A stretch of 64,000 nucleotides of DNA, from assembly GCA_963803435.1 (NCBI GenBank), contig CAWDML010000009.1:1536001-1600000 (forward strand), written 5' to 3'. The notes under the pieces are model-generated. The model ran no database searches and was not told the origin of the DNA. It was given only the letters and a program-made list of their open reading frames with translations. Position 1 is the stretch's first letter. Each line of letters opens with the position of its first letter. The position numbers and the translations under genes were made by a program. Positions 20,293-31,843 of the stretch are shown here, one piece after another. The stretch comes from an uncultured delta proteobacterium. GTDB lineage: Bacteria; Myxococcota; Kuafuiibacteriia; Kuafuiibacteriales; Kuafuiibacteriaceae.

Positions 20293-20446
20293 CCTCCAAT
20301 TTTAAGGCCTTCTGCGCTGTAGGTGTCAAATCTTTTACAACGTTGACAGCATTACAGCTCTACATTGACAGCAGCTTACGTGATTAACTGCATGATTTTG
20401 CTAGATAATTGACTCGCTTCGCAAAATGGCAAAAATTGAACAAGGT
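20293..20446. promoter_or_regulatory. AT-rich divergent promoter with candidate RamB/ScfR operator sites
   Basis: TTCGCAAA (20418-20425) and TGGCAAAA (20427-20434) resemble the TTTGCAAA box of RamB/PrpR/PccR; repeated TTGACA/TTTACA motifs at 20324-20370. Confidence 0.55.
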
Positions 20447-22007
<1,561 letters not shown>

Positions 22008-22063
22008 TCGCCGACAGCGCGATCCTTCAGTCGACATCACCATTTTCTGAGCGAGCGAGAACC

Positions 22064-23340
22064 ATGTCCAGTACCACTCGAGATGACCAATGCCGACGAC
22101 TTCATAGGAGCGTTGGGACGGCGTAACGCGACCGTACCGCGCCGACGACGTGCTGCGGCTGCGCGGTGCGTCGAGATCGAGCACACCCTGGCGCGCTGGG
22201 CGCCAAGCGGCTCTGGCAGCTCCTCCAGAGCGAGCCCTACGTCAACGGCGCTCGGCGCGATGACCGGCAACCAGGCCATGCAGCAGGTGCGCGCGGGCTC
22301 AGGCGATCTACGTCAGCGGCTGGCAGGTCGCCGCCGACGCGAACATCGCCGGCCACGATGTATCCCGACCAGAGCCTGTACCCGCCGAACAGCGTCCCGA
22401 TGCTGGTCCGGCGGATCAACCACGCGCTGCAGCGCGCCGATCAGATCGAGCACTCCGAGGGCCAGTCGCAGCGCTACTGGTATCGCGCCGATCGTCGCCG
22501 ACGCCGAGGCCGGCTTCGGCGGACCGCTCAACGCGTTCGAGCTGATGAAGGCGATGATCGAGGCCGGCGCCGCCGGCGTGCACTTCGAGGATCAGCTCGT
22601 CGTCGGAGAAGAAGTGCGGTCACCTGGGCGGCAAGGTGCTGGTGCCGACGAGCCAGTTCGTGCGCACGCTGGTGGCGGCGCGCCTCGCCGCCGACGTGCT
22701 GCGAGGTCCCGACGATCCTCGTGGCGCGCACGGACGCGGACAGCGCGCGGCTCCTGACCTCCGACGTCGACGAGCGCGATCGGCCGTTCATCACCGGCGA
22801 GCGCACGCCCGAGGGCTTCTTCCGGATCCGCGGCGGGCATCGAGCAGGCGATCGCGCGCGCGCATCGCCTACGCCCCCTACGCCGACCTGCTGTGGTGCG
22901 AGACCTCGACGCCCGATCTGCGACGAGGCCAGGCAGTTCGCCGAGGGCGTGCGCGCGAAGTTCCCCGGCAAGATGCTCGCGTACAACTGCTCGCCGTCGT
23001 TCAACTGGAAGAAGAACCTCGACGACGCCACCATCGCGAAGTTCCAGCGCGAGCTCGGCGCGATGGGATACAAGTTCCAGTTCGTCACGCTGGCGGGCTT
23101 CCACGCGCTCAACTACGGCATGTTCGAGCTGGCGCGCGCGCTACCGCGACGCGCGGGATGTCGGCGTACTAGCGAGCTGCAGGAGGCGGAGTTCGCCGCC
23201 GAGGAGCACGGCTACACCGCGACCCGCCACCAGCGCGAGGTCGGCACCGGCTACTTCGACGAGGTGTCGAAGATCGTCTCGAGCCGGGCAGGCCTCGACC
23301 GCTGGCGCTGGACGACTCGACCGAGGCCGCGCAGTTCTAA
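22064..23340 (+). CDS. aceA: Isocitrate lyase (multiple frameshifts)
   Basis: [74 protein letters not shown]; ends QF-TAA at 23340; start approximate. Confidence 0.9.
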
Positions 23341-23383
23341 TCTCGCCTCTCCCTCGGGCGCCGTGCGATGATGTTCGGCGCGA

Positions 23384-23683
23384 ATGGACGTTCTCACCGA
23401 GATCCTGTTCCCGGCCGTCGACGAGGCCAAGGAGACCATCCCCTCGGCGGCAGCCCTCGAGCGCGCAGCCGACAGCCCGCTGTTCGGAGCGGGCGGTCTC
23501 GACTCGCTGGGGCTGGTCCGGTTCATCGTCATCGTCGAGGAGCGGATCCAGGACCTGACCGAGGTCGAGCTGACCCTCGCCAGCGACAAGGCGATGTCCC
23601 GGCGGACCAGCCCGTTCAAGACCCTCGGCACGCTCGCGGAGTACATCGCCGAGTGTCTGGCCGAGGAGGGGCTCGGTGGATAG
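23384..23683 (+). CDS. Acyl carrier protein
   Basis: 99 aa, acidic, LFGAGGLDSLGLV phosphopantetheine site. Confidence 0.85.
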   Translation: MDVLTEILFPAVDEAKETIPSAAALERAADSPLFGAGGLDSLGLVRFIVIVEERIQDLTEVELTLASDKAMSRRTSPFKTLGTLAEYIAECLAEEGLGG

Positions 23684-24377
23684 GCCGGTAACGCTGGTGA
23701 CCGGATCCCGGAAGGGCCTCGGTCGCTTCATCGCCGAGCACTATCTAGCCGCCGGGCACTTCGTGGTCGGCTGCTCGCGGGACGAGTCGGACCTTCGGGG
23801 CGAACGCTACCGCCACTTCACCGCCGACGTCTCCGACGAACGGGCGGTGAAGCCGATCTTCACGTACCTGAGGAAGGAGCTGGGCGGGCTCGACCATCTG
23901 ATCAACAACGCCGGCATCGCGTCGATGAACCACGCGCTGTTGACCCCGCTCGCCACCGTCGACGCGATCTTCGCCACCAACCTGAAGGGCACCTTCCTGT
24001 TCAGCCGCGAGGCCGCCCGCCTGATGCAGAAGAAGCAGAACGGCCGCATCGTGAACATGACCACGGTCGCGACGCCCCTCATGCTCGAGGGCGAGGCGAT
24101 CTATGCCGCCAGCAAGGCCGCGGTCCTGTCGCTGACCCAGGTGCTGGCGCGCGAGCTGGCGCCCTTCGGGATCACCGTCAACTCCGTGGGCCCCACGCCG
24201 GTGAAGACCGACATCATCCGCTCGGTGCCCCAGGAGAAGCTCGACGTGCTGCTGGCGCGCCAGGCAATCCCGCGCTTCGGAGAGCCCGAGGACGTGGTCA
24301 ACGTCATCGACTTCTTCCTCCGCCCCGAGAGTAACTTCGTCACCGCCCAGAACATCTATCTCGGAGGCGTGGCCTAG
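23676..24377 (+). CDS. SDR / 3-oxoacyl-ACP reductase-like
   Basis: TGSRKGLG, INNAG, YAASK. Confidence 0.9.
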   Translation: MDRPVTLVTGSRKGLGRFIAEHYLAAGHFVVGCSRDESDLRGERYRHFTADVSDERAVKPIFTYLRKELGGLDHLINNAGIASMNHALLTPLATVDAIFATNLKGTFLFSREAARLMQKKQNGRIVNMTTVATPLMLEGEAIYAASKAAVLSLTQVLARELAPFGITVNSVGPTPVKTDIIRSVPQEKLDVLLARQAIPRFGEPEDVVNVIDFFLRPESNFVTAQNIYLGGVA

Positions 24378-25712
24378 TGGAGAGCTTCCTCTCGGCCCGG
24401 TTCGACGAGTACCGGGAGCGGACGGCGCTGGTGTGGCGCGATCGAGCCTACAGCTATGGCGCGCTCCGCCGCGAGCTCCTCGAGCAACGCGAGGCGCTCG
24501 GCGCTCGGATCCCGCCCAAGACGGTGGTGGCGCTGAGCGCCGACTACTCTCCGACCAGCCTCGCGCTCCTCTTCGCGCTCCTCGATCGAGGGTGCGTGGT
24601 CGCGCCGATCAGCGCCGGCTTCGCCAAGCAGAAGACCGAGCTCCTCCGCGTGGCCCAGGTGAAGACGGAGATCGCCGTCGACGAGGCGGAGCGGATCTCC
24701 GTTTCACGAGGTCGGGCACGCGCTCGATCACCCGCTGCTCCTCGGGCTCCTCGGCGCGGACGCCAGCGGTCTGGTGCTCTTCTCTTCGGGCTCGGCCGGC
24801 AAGATCAAGGCGGTGGTCCACCACGCTCCCCGACTGCTCGAGAAGTACCGGACGCCGCGCCGCACCCGCATCACCATCCCGTTCATGCTCTTCGATCACG
24901 TGGGCGGCATGCACACGCTGCTCGACATCCTCTGCTCGGGCGGGACCTTGGTGATCGCAGGCGACCGCAAGCCCGAGACGATCTGCGGCCTGATCGAGCG
25001 ACACCGGGTGGAGGTGCTGCCCGCGACGCCGACCTTCCTCAACCTCCTGCTCCTCAGCGACTACGGCGCCTACGACCTCAGCACGCTGGAGTTCATCGCG
25101 TACAGCGCCGAGCGGATGCCAGAGTCGACGCTCACCCGCCTGCGTGCCGCCTTTCCGGGCGTGCGTCTGGTGCAGAACTACGGGCTCTCAGAGGTCGGCA
25201 TCATGCGCGCCAAGTCGGAGGGATCGGACTCGCTCTTCATGAAGCTGGGCGGGGACGGCTTCGCCACCCGGGTTCGCGACGGTCTGCTCGAGATCAAGTC
25301 CGAGACCGCCATGCTCGGCTATCTCAACGAGGCCAGCCCCTTCACGGAGGACGGCTGGCTGAAGACGGGGGATCGGGTCGAGGTCAAGGGCGACTACGTG
25401 CACGTCCTCGGCCGCGCCTCCGACCTCATCATCATCGGCGGCGAGAAGGTCTATCCGGCGGAGGTCGAGGACTGGATCGCCCAGATGCCGGGGGTCGTCG
25501 ACGTCGCGGTGGGCTCGGAGGTCAACGCGATCACCGGCCAGATCGTCGCGGCGACCGTGCAGCTCATGACCGACGAGCGCCGCTCCGACTTCCGGGCGCG
25601 GATGAGCGCGTTCCTCTCCGACAAGCTGCCGCCCTTCAAGATTCCTCAGCGGATCACCGTCACCCAAGAGCCGCTCCATACGGCGCGATTCAAGAAGAAG
25701 CGGGTTCTATGA
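24377..25712 (+). CDS. AMP-dependent acyl-CoA/ACP ligase (frameshift near 24712)
   Basis: FSSGSAGKIKAV, NYGLSE, LKTGD, GGEKVYPAEVE, FKIP, RFKK. Confidence 0.85.
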
Positions 25713-26891
25713 GCACGTTTCGAAGGCCGATGTCGGCGAGCGAGAAGTACTTCGTCGCGCTCAACGAGCTCCGTCCGCCCTTCGTGATCCAGCTGGTGCT
25801 CGAGGGCGACGGCGATCCCTCACCCGAGTCGCTCGACGACGCGCTGGTGGCGGCCGCCGAGGTCAATCCGGGATCGTCGCTGATCATCGACGAGGCCCCC
25901 GACGCGCTCGGCTGGACGGTCGGTCCCGAGCCCACGCTCACGCTGATCGACGCGCCGGAGTTCGAGGCGGCGAGCGGCGAAGGCGCGCCCTTCTTCACGT
26001 GGCCGCTGGACGCCCGCAAGGGCCCAACCTGCGAGCTGGTCCGCGTCCGCGGCAAGGAAAAGACGTACCTGATCTTCCGCGCGCTGCACGCGGTGATGGA
26101 CGGGCAAGGGACCATCCTGTGGGTGAAGGACGTGATGCGGTGCCTCCGCGGCGAGCCCCCGATCGGCCATCCGAGCCCGCTCATCACCGACCGCCTGATC
26201 ACCGAGATGGGCCTCCCGCGCCGCCCCAACCTCAAAGAGGACGCGATCCACCCCTTCGGCACCGTGGATCCGAGCGCGATCCGGGCCTACCACTGGCGGC
26301 GCATCTCCTCCGAGCGCGCGCTCGACCCGCTGGCGTCAGGGCGGATCGCCGTCGGGCTCGCCGAGCTGGCCCGCCGGGGCGGCCGCGAGGGGGTCGTCCG
26401 GATCAACCTGCCCACTGATCTCCGCCATTACCGCCCCGAGGCGCGCGGCACCGGGAACCTCTTCACCGCCCTCTTCCTCGAGGTCCCACCCGGCGCCACG
26501 GCCGAGGCCATGGGACTCAAGATCGTGCAGCTCCTCTACAAGCGCGAGGGCCTGAAGACGGTGGGCATCGCCTTCACCGAGAAGACCGGCTCGCTCGACG
26601 CGTTTCGCGTGAAGGTCTTCTGGGACCTCCACCACATGCACGACCTCGGGCGCTACGCCTTCAGCGCCACGCTCTCGCATCTGGGCGTGCTGCCCAGCGC
26701 GGAGCTGTCGGGGCCCGGCTTCGAGGCCACCTCGGCCTTCTTCGCCCCGCTGGTCGGCGACTCGGGCTGCGTCGTCTCGCTCAACGGCTTCGACGATTGG
26801 ACCGAGGCGGCCGTCGGGCTCTCCGAGCGCTTCGGCTCCGGTCAGCAGCTCGACGATCTCGGCGGCGATCATCCGCCGGGCGATCGAGTAG
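25709..26891 (+). CDS. Standalone condensation/CoA-dependent acyltransferase-fold protein
   Basis: ATGA overlap with the ligase; LHAVMDGQG (HxxxDG), PTDLRHY..GN. A probable +1 error near 26860 would give a natural end ..AAIIRRAIE* at 26891 (ORF track runs to 26995). Confidence 0.7.
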
Positions 26892-27708
26892 CGAGCCGCC
26901 CGAGCACGTTCCCGCTGCGGCTCGACCAGAGCGCGGGCTGGTGCATGCTGAAGAAGATCACCCCGCGGGCGGCCTTGTCGAACCTCGACCAGTAGCGCGC
27001 GACGGCCTCCCGGCTGAGGAGGTTCGGCTCGAGCTCCGGCACCGCGACGAGCCCGAGGTCGGCGAGGACGTCGTCGAAGTCGCCCTCGAACCTCCACCGC
27101 ACCGGCGTACCGACGGCGCGGGTCTGCTCGAGGAGCTTCGGATGATTGATGCGGCCGACCATGTCCGTGAGGACGAGCGAGCCGGCGAAGCGGCGGCCGA
27201 GCGCGTCGATCAGCGCGTCGACCTCCTCGCGGGGGAGGTAGTAGAGCAACCCTTCGGCGATGAAGAGGTGGCGGTGCGGCTCGCCGTGGAGCCGATCGAT
27301 CCAGGCGTGGTCGAGCACCGAGCTCGCGATCTGCGTGTGGCGAGCACCGCCCACACCCCAGCGCGTGCGCAGCGCGATCACTTCGGGGAGATCGACGTCG
27401 AACCAGTGGGCGAGCCGGAGATCGGAGAGCCGGGCGCTCCGAGTCGAGAGGCCGCAGCCCAGCTCGATGATCCGATCGACGCCGAGGGTCTCGACCGCGC
27501 GGCGCGCGATGCGATTGATGTCGTCGGCCCGCCGCGCCAGGCCCGACTGGGTATCGGGGCGGTACCAGAGGTCGAGCTCGACCGGCCACTCGACGCGCGT
27601 CCACCACTCGGCGGCCGTCGGATCCTCGAAGATGCGATCGGGCCGGTGGTGCTCCTCGGCCCGGGCTCTCAACGTCAGGATCGCGGTCTTCGAGACGCCG
27701 GAGAGCAT
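26869..27708 (-). CDS. Class I SAM-dependent methyltransferase (TcmP/LCM-like)
   Basis: TAILTLRARA, IIELGCGLSTR, WFDVDLPEVI, FIAEGLLYYL. Confidence 0.85.
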   Translation of the reverse strand: MLSGVSKTAILTLRARAEEHHRPDRIFEDPTAAEWWTRVEWPVELDLWYRPDTQSGLARRADDINRIARRAVETLGVDRIIELGCGLSTRSARLSDLRLAHWFDVDLPEVIALRTRWGVGGARHTQIASSVLDHAWIDRLHGEPHRHLFIAEGLLYYLPREEVDALIDALGRRFAGSLVLTDMVGRINHPKLLEQTRAVGTPVRWRFEGDFDDVLADLGLVAVPELEPNLLSREAVARYWSRFDKAARGVIFFSMHQPALWSSRSGNVLGRLATRSPGG

Positions 27709-27712
27709 CGCC

Positions 27713-28216
27713 TCATTTGGATCCCTTCTTCTTCCGTGCCCACGGCGGCGGTCGCGTCGGCTCGAGGAGCGTGGAGAGCGGGATCGTGCCCTCGGGCGGC
27801 GGCTCGTCGATCTTCACCGCGAGCCTCTCCTCGAGCACTCCGGTCATCCTCTGGAACGCGGACTGGACCTCGGAACCCTCGTTCTCGAGGGCCTCGGCCA
27901 CGCGGCGCCAGAAGGGCTCGAAACGCTGGGCGTACTCGCGCAGGAGGAGCAGGACCTTCTTGGCGTTGACCTCGTCCTTTCGATGCTCGTCGAGGAGGAT
28001 CATGAAGCGGGTCATGCCCTCGACGGCTTCGGCGAGCTTGATGACATCGCCCGCATACGTGTCGAGGGCCGCACGAAGCGCCTGAACGGCTTCGTCCGGC
28101 AGATCGAACTCGTGGCGCTCGTAGATGACATAGGCCTCCTTGGCGATCGGGTGCAGCGTCGTCGGCGGACGCCACGCCTGGACGGCCTGAAGGAGGGCTC
28201 GGTCCTCGTCCGACAT
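27713..28216 (-). CDS. Hypothetical helical protein
   Basis: 167-aa ORF with host-like codon bias, tightly coupled to neighbours. Confidence 0.65.
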   Translation of the reverse strand: MSDEDRALLQAVQAWRPPTTLHPIAKEAYVIYERHEFDLPDEAVQALRAALDTYAGDVIKLAEAVEGMTRFMILLDEHRKDEVNAKKVLLLLREYAQRFEPFWRRVAEALENEGSEVQSAFQRMTGVLEERLAVKIDEPPPEGTIPLSTLLEPTRPPPWARKKKGSK

Positions 28217-28230
28217 CAGTTACGGATAGC

Positions 28231-28431
28231 TTAACCGGAAGACATGACCGCCGAAATGATCGGTCCGAGCACCTGGCTCAGACCCTGAAGGAGCTGCTGG
28301 AGCATTTGGAGGCCCATCATCTCCATCTGATGGAAGGCCTCGTCCATACCCTGGTTGCGCGACGCGGCCCGGCCCTTGGCCAGGTCGATGTCGATCATCC
28401 GGGATTGCGCCAGGTCGTTATTGACAGACAT
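28231..28431 (-). CDS. Small hypothetical protein (66 aa, Met/Gln/Leu-rich)
   Basis: AAGGAG-like RBS before ATG 28431; MSVNNDLAQSR...SAVMSSG. Confidence 0.6.
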   Translation of the reverse strand: MSVNNDLAQSRMIDIDLAKGRAASRNQGMDEAFHQMEMMGLQMLQQLLQGLSQVLGPIISAVMSSG

Positions 28432-28563
28432 CCTCGTCTCCTTGCGGCGGCGCTCGTGGCCGCCAGAGAGTCTTCGGCAGTGAGGACAAAAGGTTGCTTG
28501 AAAAAAACAATGATTCCGGTAGGATATGTGAGTCTTACGGCTCACCTGTAAGACATTGTAGTC

Positions 28564-29322
28564 ATGAGTTCACAACGCTTCAGCCTCAAAGGAAAAACGG
28601 CCCTCGTCACCGGTGCCAGCCGCGGGATCGGCGCGGCCATCGCGGAGGGCCTCTTGGAACATGGTTCCCAGGTGGTCCTGGCGTCCCGAAAGATCGAGCC
28701 GCGCGACGAGGAGAACGCCCTCGCCGTGCCCTGCCACACGGGCGACCCGGCGCAGGTCGAGGCGCTGGTGGCCCGCACGATCGAGCGCTTCGGGAAGGTG
28801 GACATCCTCGTCAACAACGCCGCCACCAACCCCTATTTCGGCCCGATGCTGGGGGCGGAGTGGGCCGCCTGGGACAAGACCTTCGACGTCAACGTGAAGG
28901 GTTACTTCAGCGCGGCACGCCTGGTGGCGCAGCACCTGATCGAACGCGGCGCGCCCGGATCGATCATCAACATGGCCAGCATCATCGGGACCACGGCTGG
29001 GCCGCTCCAGGGCGTCTACGCGATGACCAAGGCCGCGGTGATCTCGATGACCCGGACGCTCGCCGTCGAGCTCGGCCATGCGAGGATCCGCGTGAACGCG
29101 ATCGCGCCCGGCTTCATCGAGACCCGCTTCGCGGCGGCGCTCGTGGGCAGCGAGCCGATCCACGATGCCATCGTGAAACACACGCCCCTGGGACGGATCG
29201 GACAGCCCGAGGATCTGGTGGGGCTCGCCGTCTACCTCGCGGGCGACGCCTCCGCGTTCGTCACCGGGGCGACGTTCCTGATCGACGGCGGGCTGGACCA
29301 GGGCGGCCTCGCGATCGGGTAG
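28564..29322 (+). CDS. SDR oxidoreductase (DHRS4-like)
   Basis: TGASRGIG, NNAATNPYFG, YAMTK, RVNAIAPG. Confidence 0.9.
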   Translation: MSSQRFSLKGKTALVTGASRGIGAAIAEGLLEHGSQVVLASRKIEPRDEENALAVPCHTGDPAQVEALVARTIERFGKVDILVNNAATNPYFGPMLGAEWAAWDKTFDVNVKGYFSAARLVAQHLIERGAPGSIINMASIIGTTAGPLQGVYAMTKAAVISMTRTLAVELGHARIRVNAIAPGFIETRFAAALVGSEPIHDAIVKHTPLGRIGQPEDLVGLAVYLAGDASAFVTGATFLIDGGLDQGGLAIG

Positions 29323-29325
29323 CGA

Positions 29326-31146
29326 TCAGAGGAGCTTCTGCAGGCGCTGGATCTGGGTGGCGCTGCGCATCTTCTTCGGTCGCAGCTTGAAGCCCCGCTT
29401 GGAGCGCTCGCCGAGCGTCACTTGAAGCTCGAGCAGCTCGCCGCGGCGGGCCACCAACACCTTCACCTCGTCCTTCGGATGATAGCGGGTGAGCTGCTGC
29501 TCGAGGTCTTCGACGCGGAAGCCGCCGATTCCGACGAGCTCGTCACCGGCGTTGATTCCGGCATCGTACGCGGGCGAGGCGTCGGTCACCTCGGTGACAA
29601 TCAGGCGGTTGTTCTGTCGCTCGCTCTTGACCCCGAGGAGCGGCTTCTTCAGATCGCCCGCGGAAGGAGGCTCGACCTCGAGCCCGTACCAGTCGAAGGC
29701 GGGCTGATAGGAGAGCTCGCCGGTGGTCTCGACCATCCGCACCAGCTGGTCGCGGACCCGCTTGCCCGCGACCGCCTCGACCACGCCGTAGAGCTCTCCG
29801 GTGGTGTAGCCGCGGGCGCCGGAGTAGCGGCGATAAGCCTCGCGCATGACGTCGTCGAGGCTCCGGGCGTCGTTCGTCTCCCGACGGATGGCGGCGTCGA
29901 GCAGGAAGCCCACCACCGAGCCCTTGTCGTAGTAGCTGATCGACGTGTTGTTCGTGTTCTCATCCCAGCGATAGAACTCGATCCAGGCGTTGTACGAGGC
30001 GTCGGCGAGGGAGTCGTGCTGGCGGCCCGGCGCCGTCTCGACCGCCTCAATCTGCTTGGAGAGCACCTCGAGGTACTTGGCCTCGTCGATGAGACCGGCG
30101 CGGGCGAGCAGGAGGTCCTCGAAGTACGAGGTCAGGCCTTCGACGACCCAGAGATCGGTCGTGTAGACCTCCGCCTCGTAGTCGAACGGACCGAGCGCAG
30201 CCGGGCGCAGCCGCTTGCCGTTCCAGGCGTGGAAGTGCTCGTGGCTGACCGTTCTCAGCCAGGAGCGGTAGCGATCCTCGTCGCGCGTGGCCCAGCGCGA
30301 GGACATGATGACGGTGCCGTTGTGGTGCTCGAGGCCGCCGCCCGACTCGTTGAGGATGTTGTAGAAGACGTAGCGCGGGTACGGGATCGAGCCCCAGAAG
30401 GCCGCCGCGGTCTTCACCACCTTCTCGACGTCCTTGGCGGCCCGGGCCCCGTCGAAGACACCGTCCTCGCCCGCGTCGACCAGCAGGTGCTCGACGCCGC
30501 CCACCTCGAAGCGATGGACGGCCGGGTTGCCGGCCAGGATCGGAGAGTCGACCAGGACGTCGTAGCTCTCCGCGAGGAATGCGTGCGGCGCCTTCGGATC
30601 GGACGGCATGCAGCTGAGCGCAGTCCCCCAGCCCTCCGGCAGCGCGAGCTCGACGCGATAGACCCAATCGAGGTGCTCGGCGTCGGCGAAGAACGACGGC
30701 GCGCCGTTGAGCAGCGCGAGGTCGCGATCGACGAAGTTGTCGCGCACATTGCCCTGGCGGGCGTAGAGCCGGTAGCGGACCTCGACCGCGGGCGAGCCGT
30801 CGAGCGTGATGCGCCAGCGGTTCTTCCGCACCTTCGCCACCTGGAGCGCGCCCTTTTCGGAGCGGGCCGTCAGGTCGTGGACGTGGCGCGAGAACTCACG
30901 GACGAGATAGGAGCCCGGCGTCCAGACCGGCATGGTGAGCGTCAGCTGGTCCCGGCCGTCCGCCGGGAAGACGCCCCGGACGTCGACGTAGTGCATGCGG
31001 TGCTGCGGGAACGAGACCCGGTACGTGATCGCGCCGGTCGAGGTGGGCACGGCGAGCTGGACCGCCGGGGCTTCGGGGCGCTGCTCTTCGGGCTCTCGGG
31101 GACAGCCGCTGAGGAGGAGGGCCAGCGGCAGCAGTCGTCGGATCAT
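29326..31146 (-). CDS. M61 family glycyl aminopeptidase with PDZ domain, lipoprotein
   Basis: LSGC lipobox, MPVWTPGSYLVREF, GGGLEH, HEHFHAWNGKRL, EGLTSY, SYYDKG, C-terminal PDZ. Confidence 0.92.
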   Translation of the reverse strand: MIRRLLPLALLLSGCPREPEEQRPEAPAVQLAVPTSTGAITYRVSFPQHRMHYVDVRGVFPADGRDQLTLTMPVWTPGSYLVREFSRHVHDLTARSEKGALQVAKVRKNRWRITLDGSPAVEVRYRLYARQGNVRDNFVDRDLALLNGAPSFFADAEHLDWVYRVELALPEGWGTALSCMPSDPKAPHAFLAESYDVLVDSPILAGNPAVHRFEVGGVEHLLVDAGEDGVFDGARAAKDVEKVVKTAAAFWGSIPYPRYVFYNILNESGGGLEHHNGTVIMSSRWATRDEDRYRSWLRTVSHEHFHAWNGKRLRPAALGPFDYEAEVYTTDLWVVEGLTSYFEDLLLARAGLIDEAKYLEVLSKQIEAVETAPGRQHDSLADASYNAWIEFYRWDENTNNTSISYYDKGSVVGFLLDAAIRRETNDARSLDDVMREAYRRYSGARGYTTGELYGVVEAVAGKRVRDQLVRMVETTGELSYQPAFDWYGLEVEPPSAGDLKKPLLGVKSERQNNRLIVTEVTDASPAYDAGINAGDELVGIGGFRVEDLEQQLTRYHPKDEVKVLVARRGELLELQVTLGERSKRGFKLRPKKMRSATQIQRLQKLL

Positions 31147-31784
31147 CGTCGCACCCCCAGCGCCGACTCGATGCGCTCGAACAGATCGATGCGGTGGACC
31201 AGGTCCGCGAGATAGTCGAGGTGATCGGTCTCGATCACGAGCGTCTCCGAGAGATCGTAGCGCGCGAACCACTGCTCGTAGAGCTCCTGGAGCCGGACCA
31301 GGTAGCTCCTGGGGATGCTCTGCTCTTCGGGCCGGCCGCGGAGCTCGATCCGCTTGCGGATGGTCCCGATCTGACAGCGCAGATAGATCATCAGGTTGGG
31401 CGGGCGCAGCTCGCGGATGATCGACTCGTAGAGCGCCCGGTAGGTCGCGTAGTCGCGCTGCGACATCTTCTTCTGGCGGAAGAGGTTCTCGGCGAAGATC
31501 TCCGCGTCCTCGTAGATGGTCCGATCCTGGATCACCGCGTGGTCGACGCCCGAGAGCTGCTGGTGAATGCGAAACTTGGTGGCGAGGAAGTAGAGCTGCG
31601 AGTGAAACGACCAGCGCTTCATGTCGGCGTAGAAGTCCTCGAGATACGGGTTGGTCTCGTTGGGCTCGTAGTAGGGTTGGACGTCGTACTGCCGGCTGAG
31701 AAAGTCGACCAGAGTCGACTTGCCGGCGCCGATGTTGCCGGCCACGGCGATGAATCGCGTGGGGCCGATGCTTCTTCGCATCAT
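31143..31784 (-). CDS. Deoxynucleoside kinase
   Basis: IAVAGNIGAGKST, NPYLEDFY, QDRTIYED, RGRPEE. Confidence 0.92.
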   Translation of the reverse strand: MMRRSIGPTRFIAVAGNIGAGKSTLVDFLSRQYDVQPYYEPNETNPYLEDFYADMKRWSFHSQLYFLATKFRIHQQLSGVDHAVIQDRTIYEDAEIFAENLFRQKKMSQRDYATYRALYESIIRELRPPNLMIYLRCQIGTIRKRIELRGRPEEQSIPRSYLVRLQELYEQWFARYDLSETLVIETDHLDYLADLVHRIDLFERIESALGVRR

Positions 31785-31843
31785 CGGATCCAGGAGGCGG
31801 TATCGCTTCCCCGCCGGACGGTCAAAGGCTAAGAGGAGACGAG

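Noticed and set aside
24377-26995. 872-aa ligase-condensation fusion in the ORF track
   Set aside because: Produced by the frameshift near 24712; the ligase ends at 25712 and the next gene starts at an overlapping ATG at 25709.
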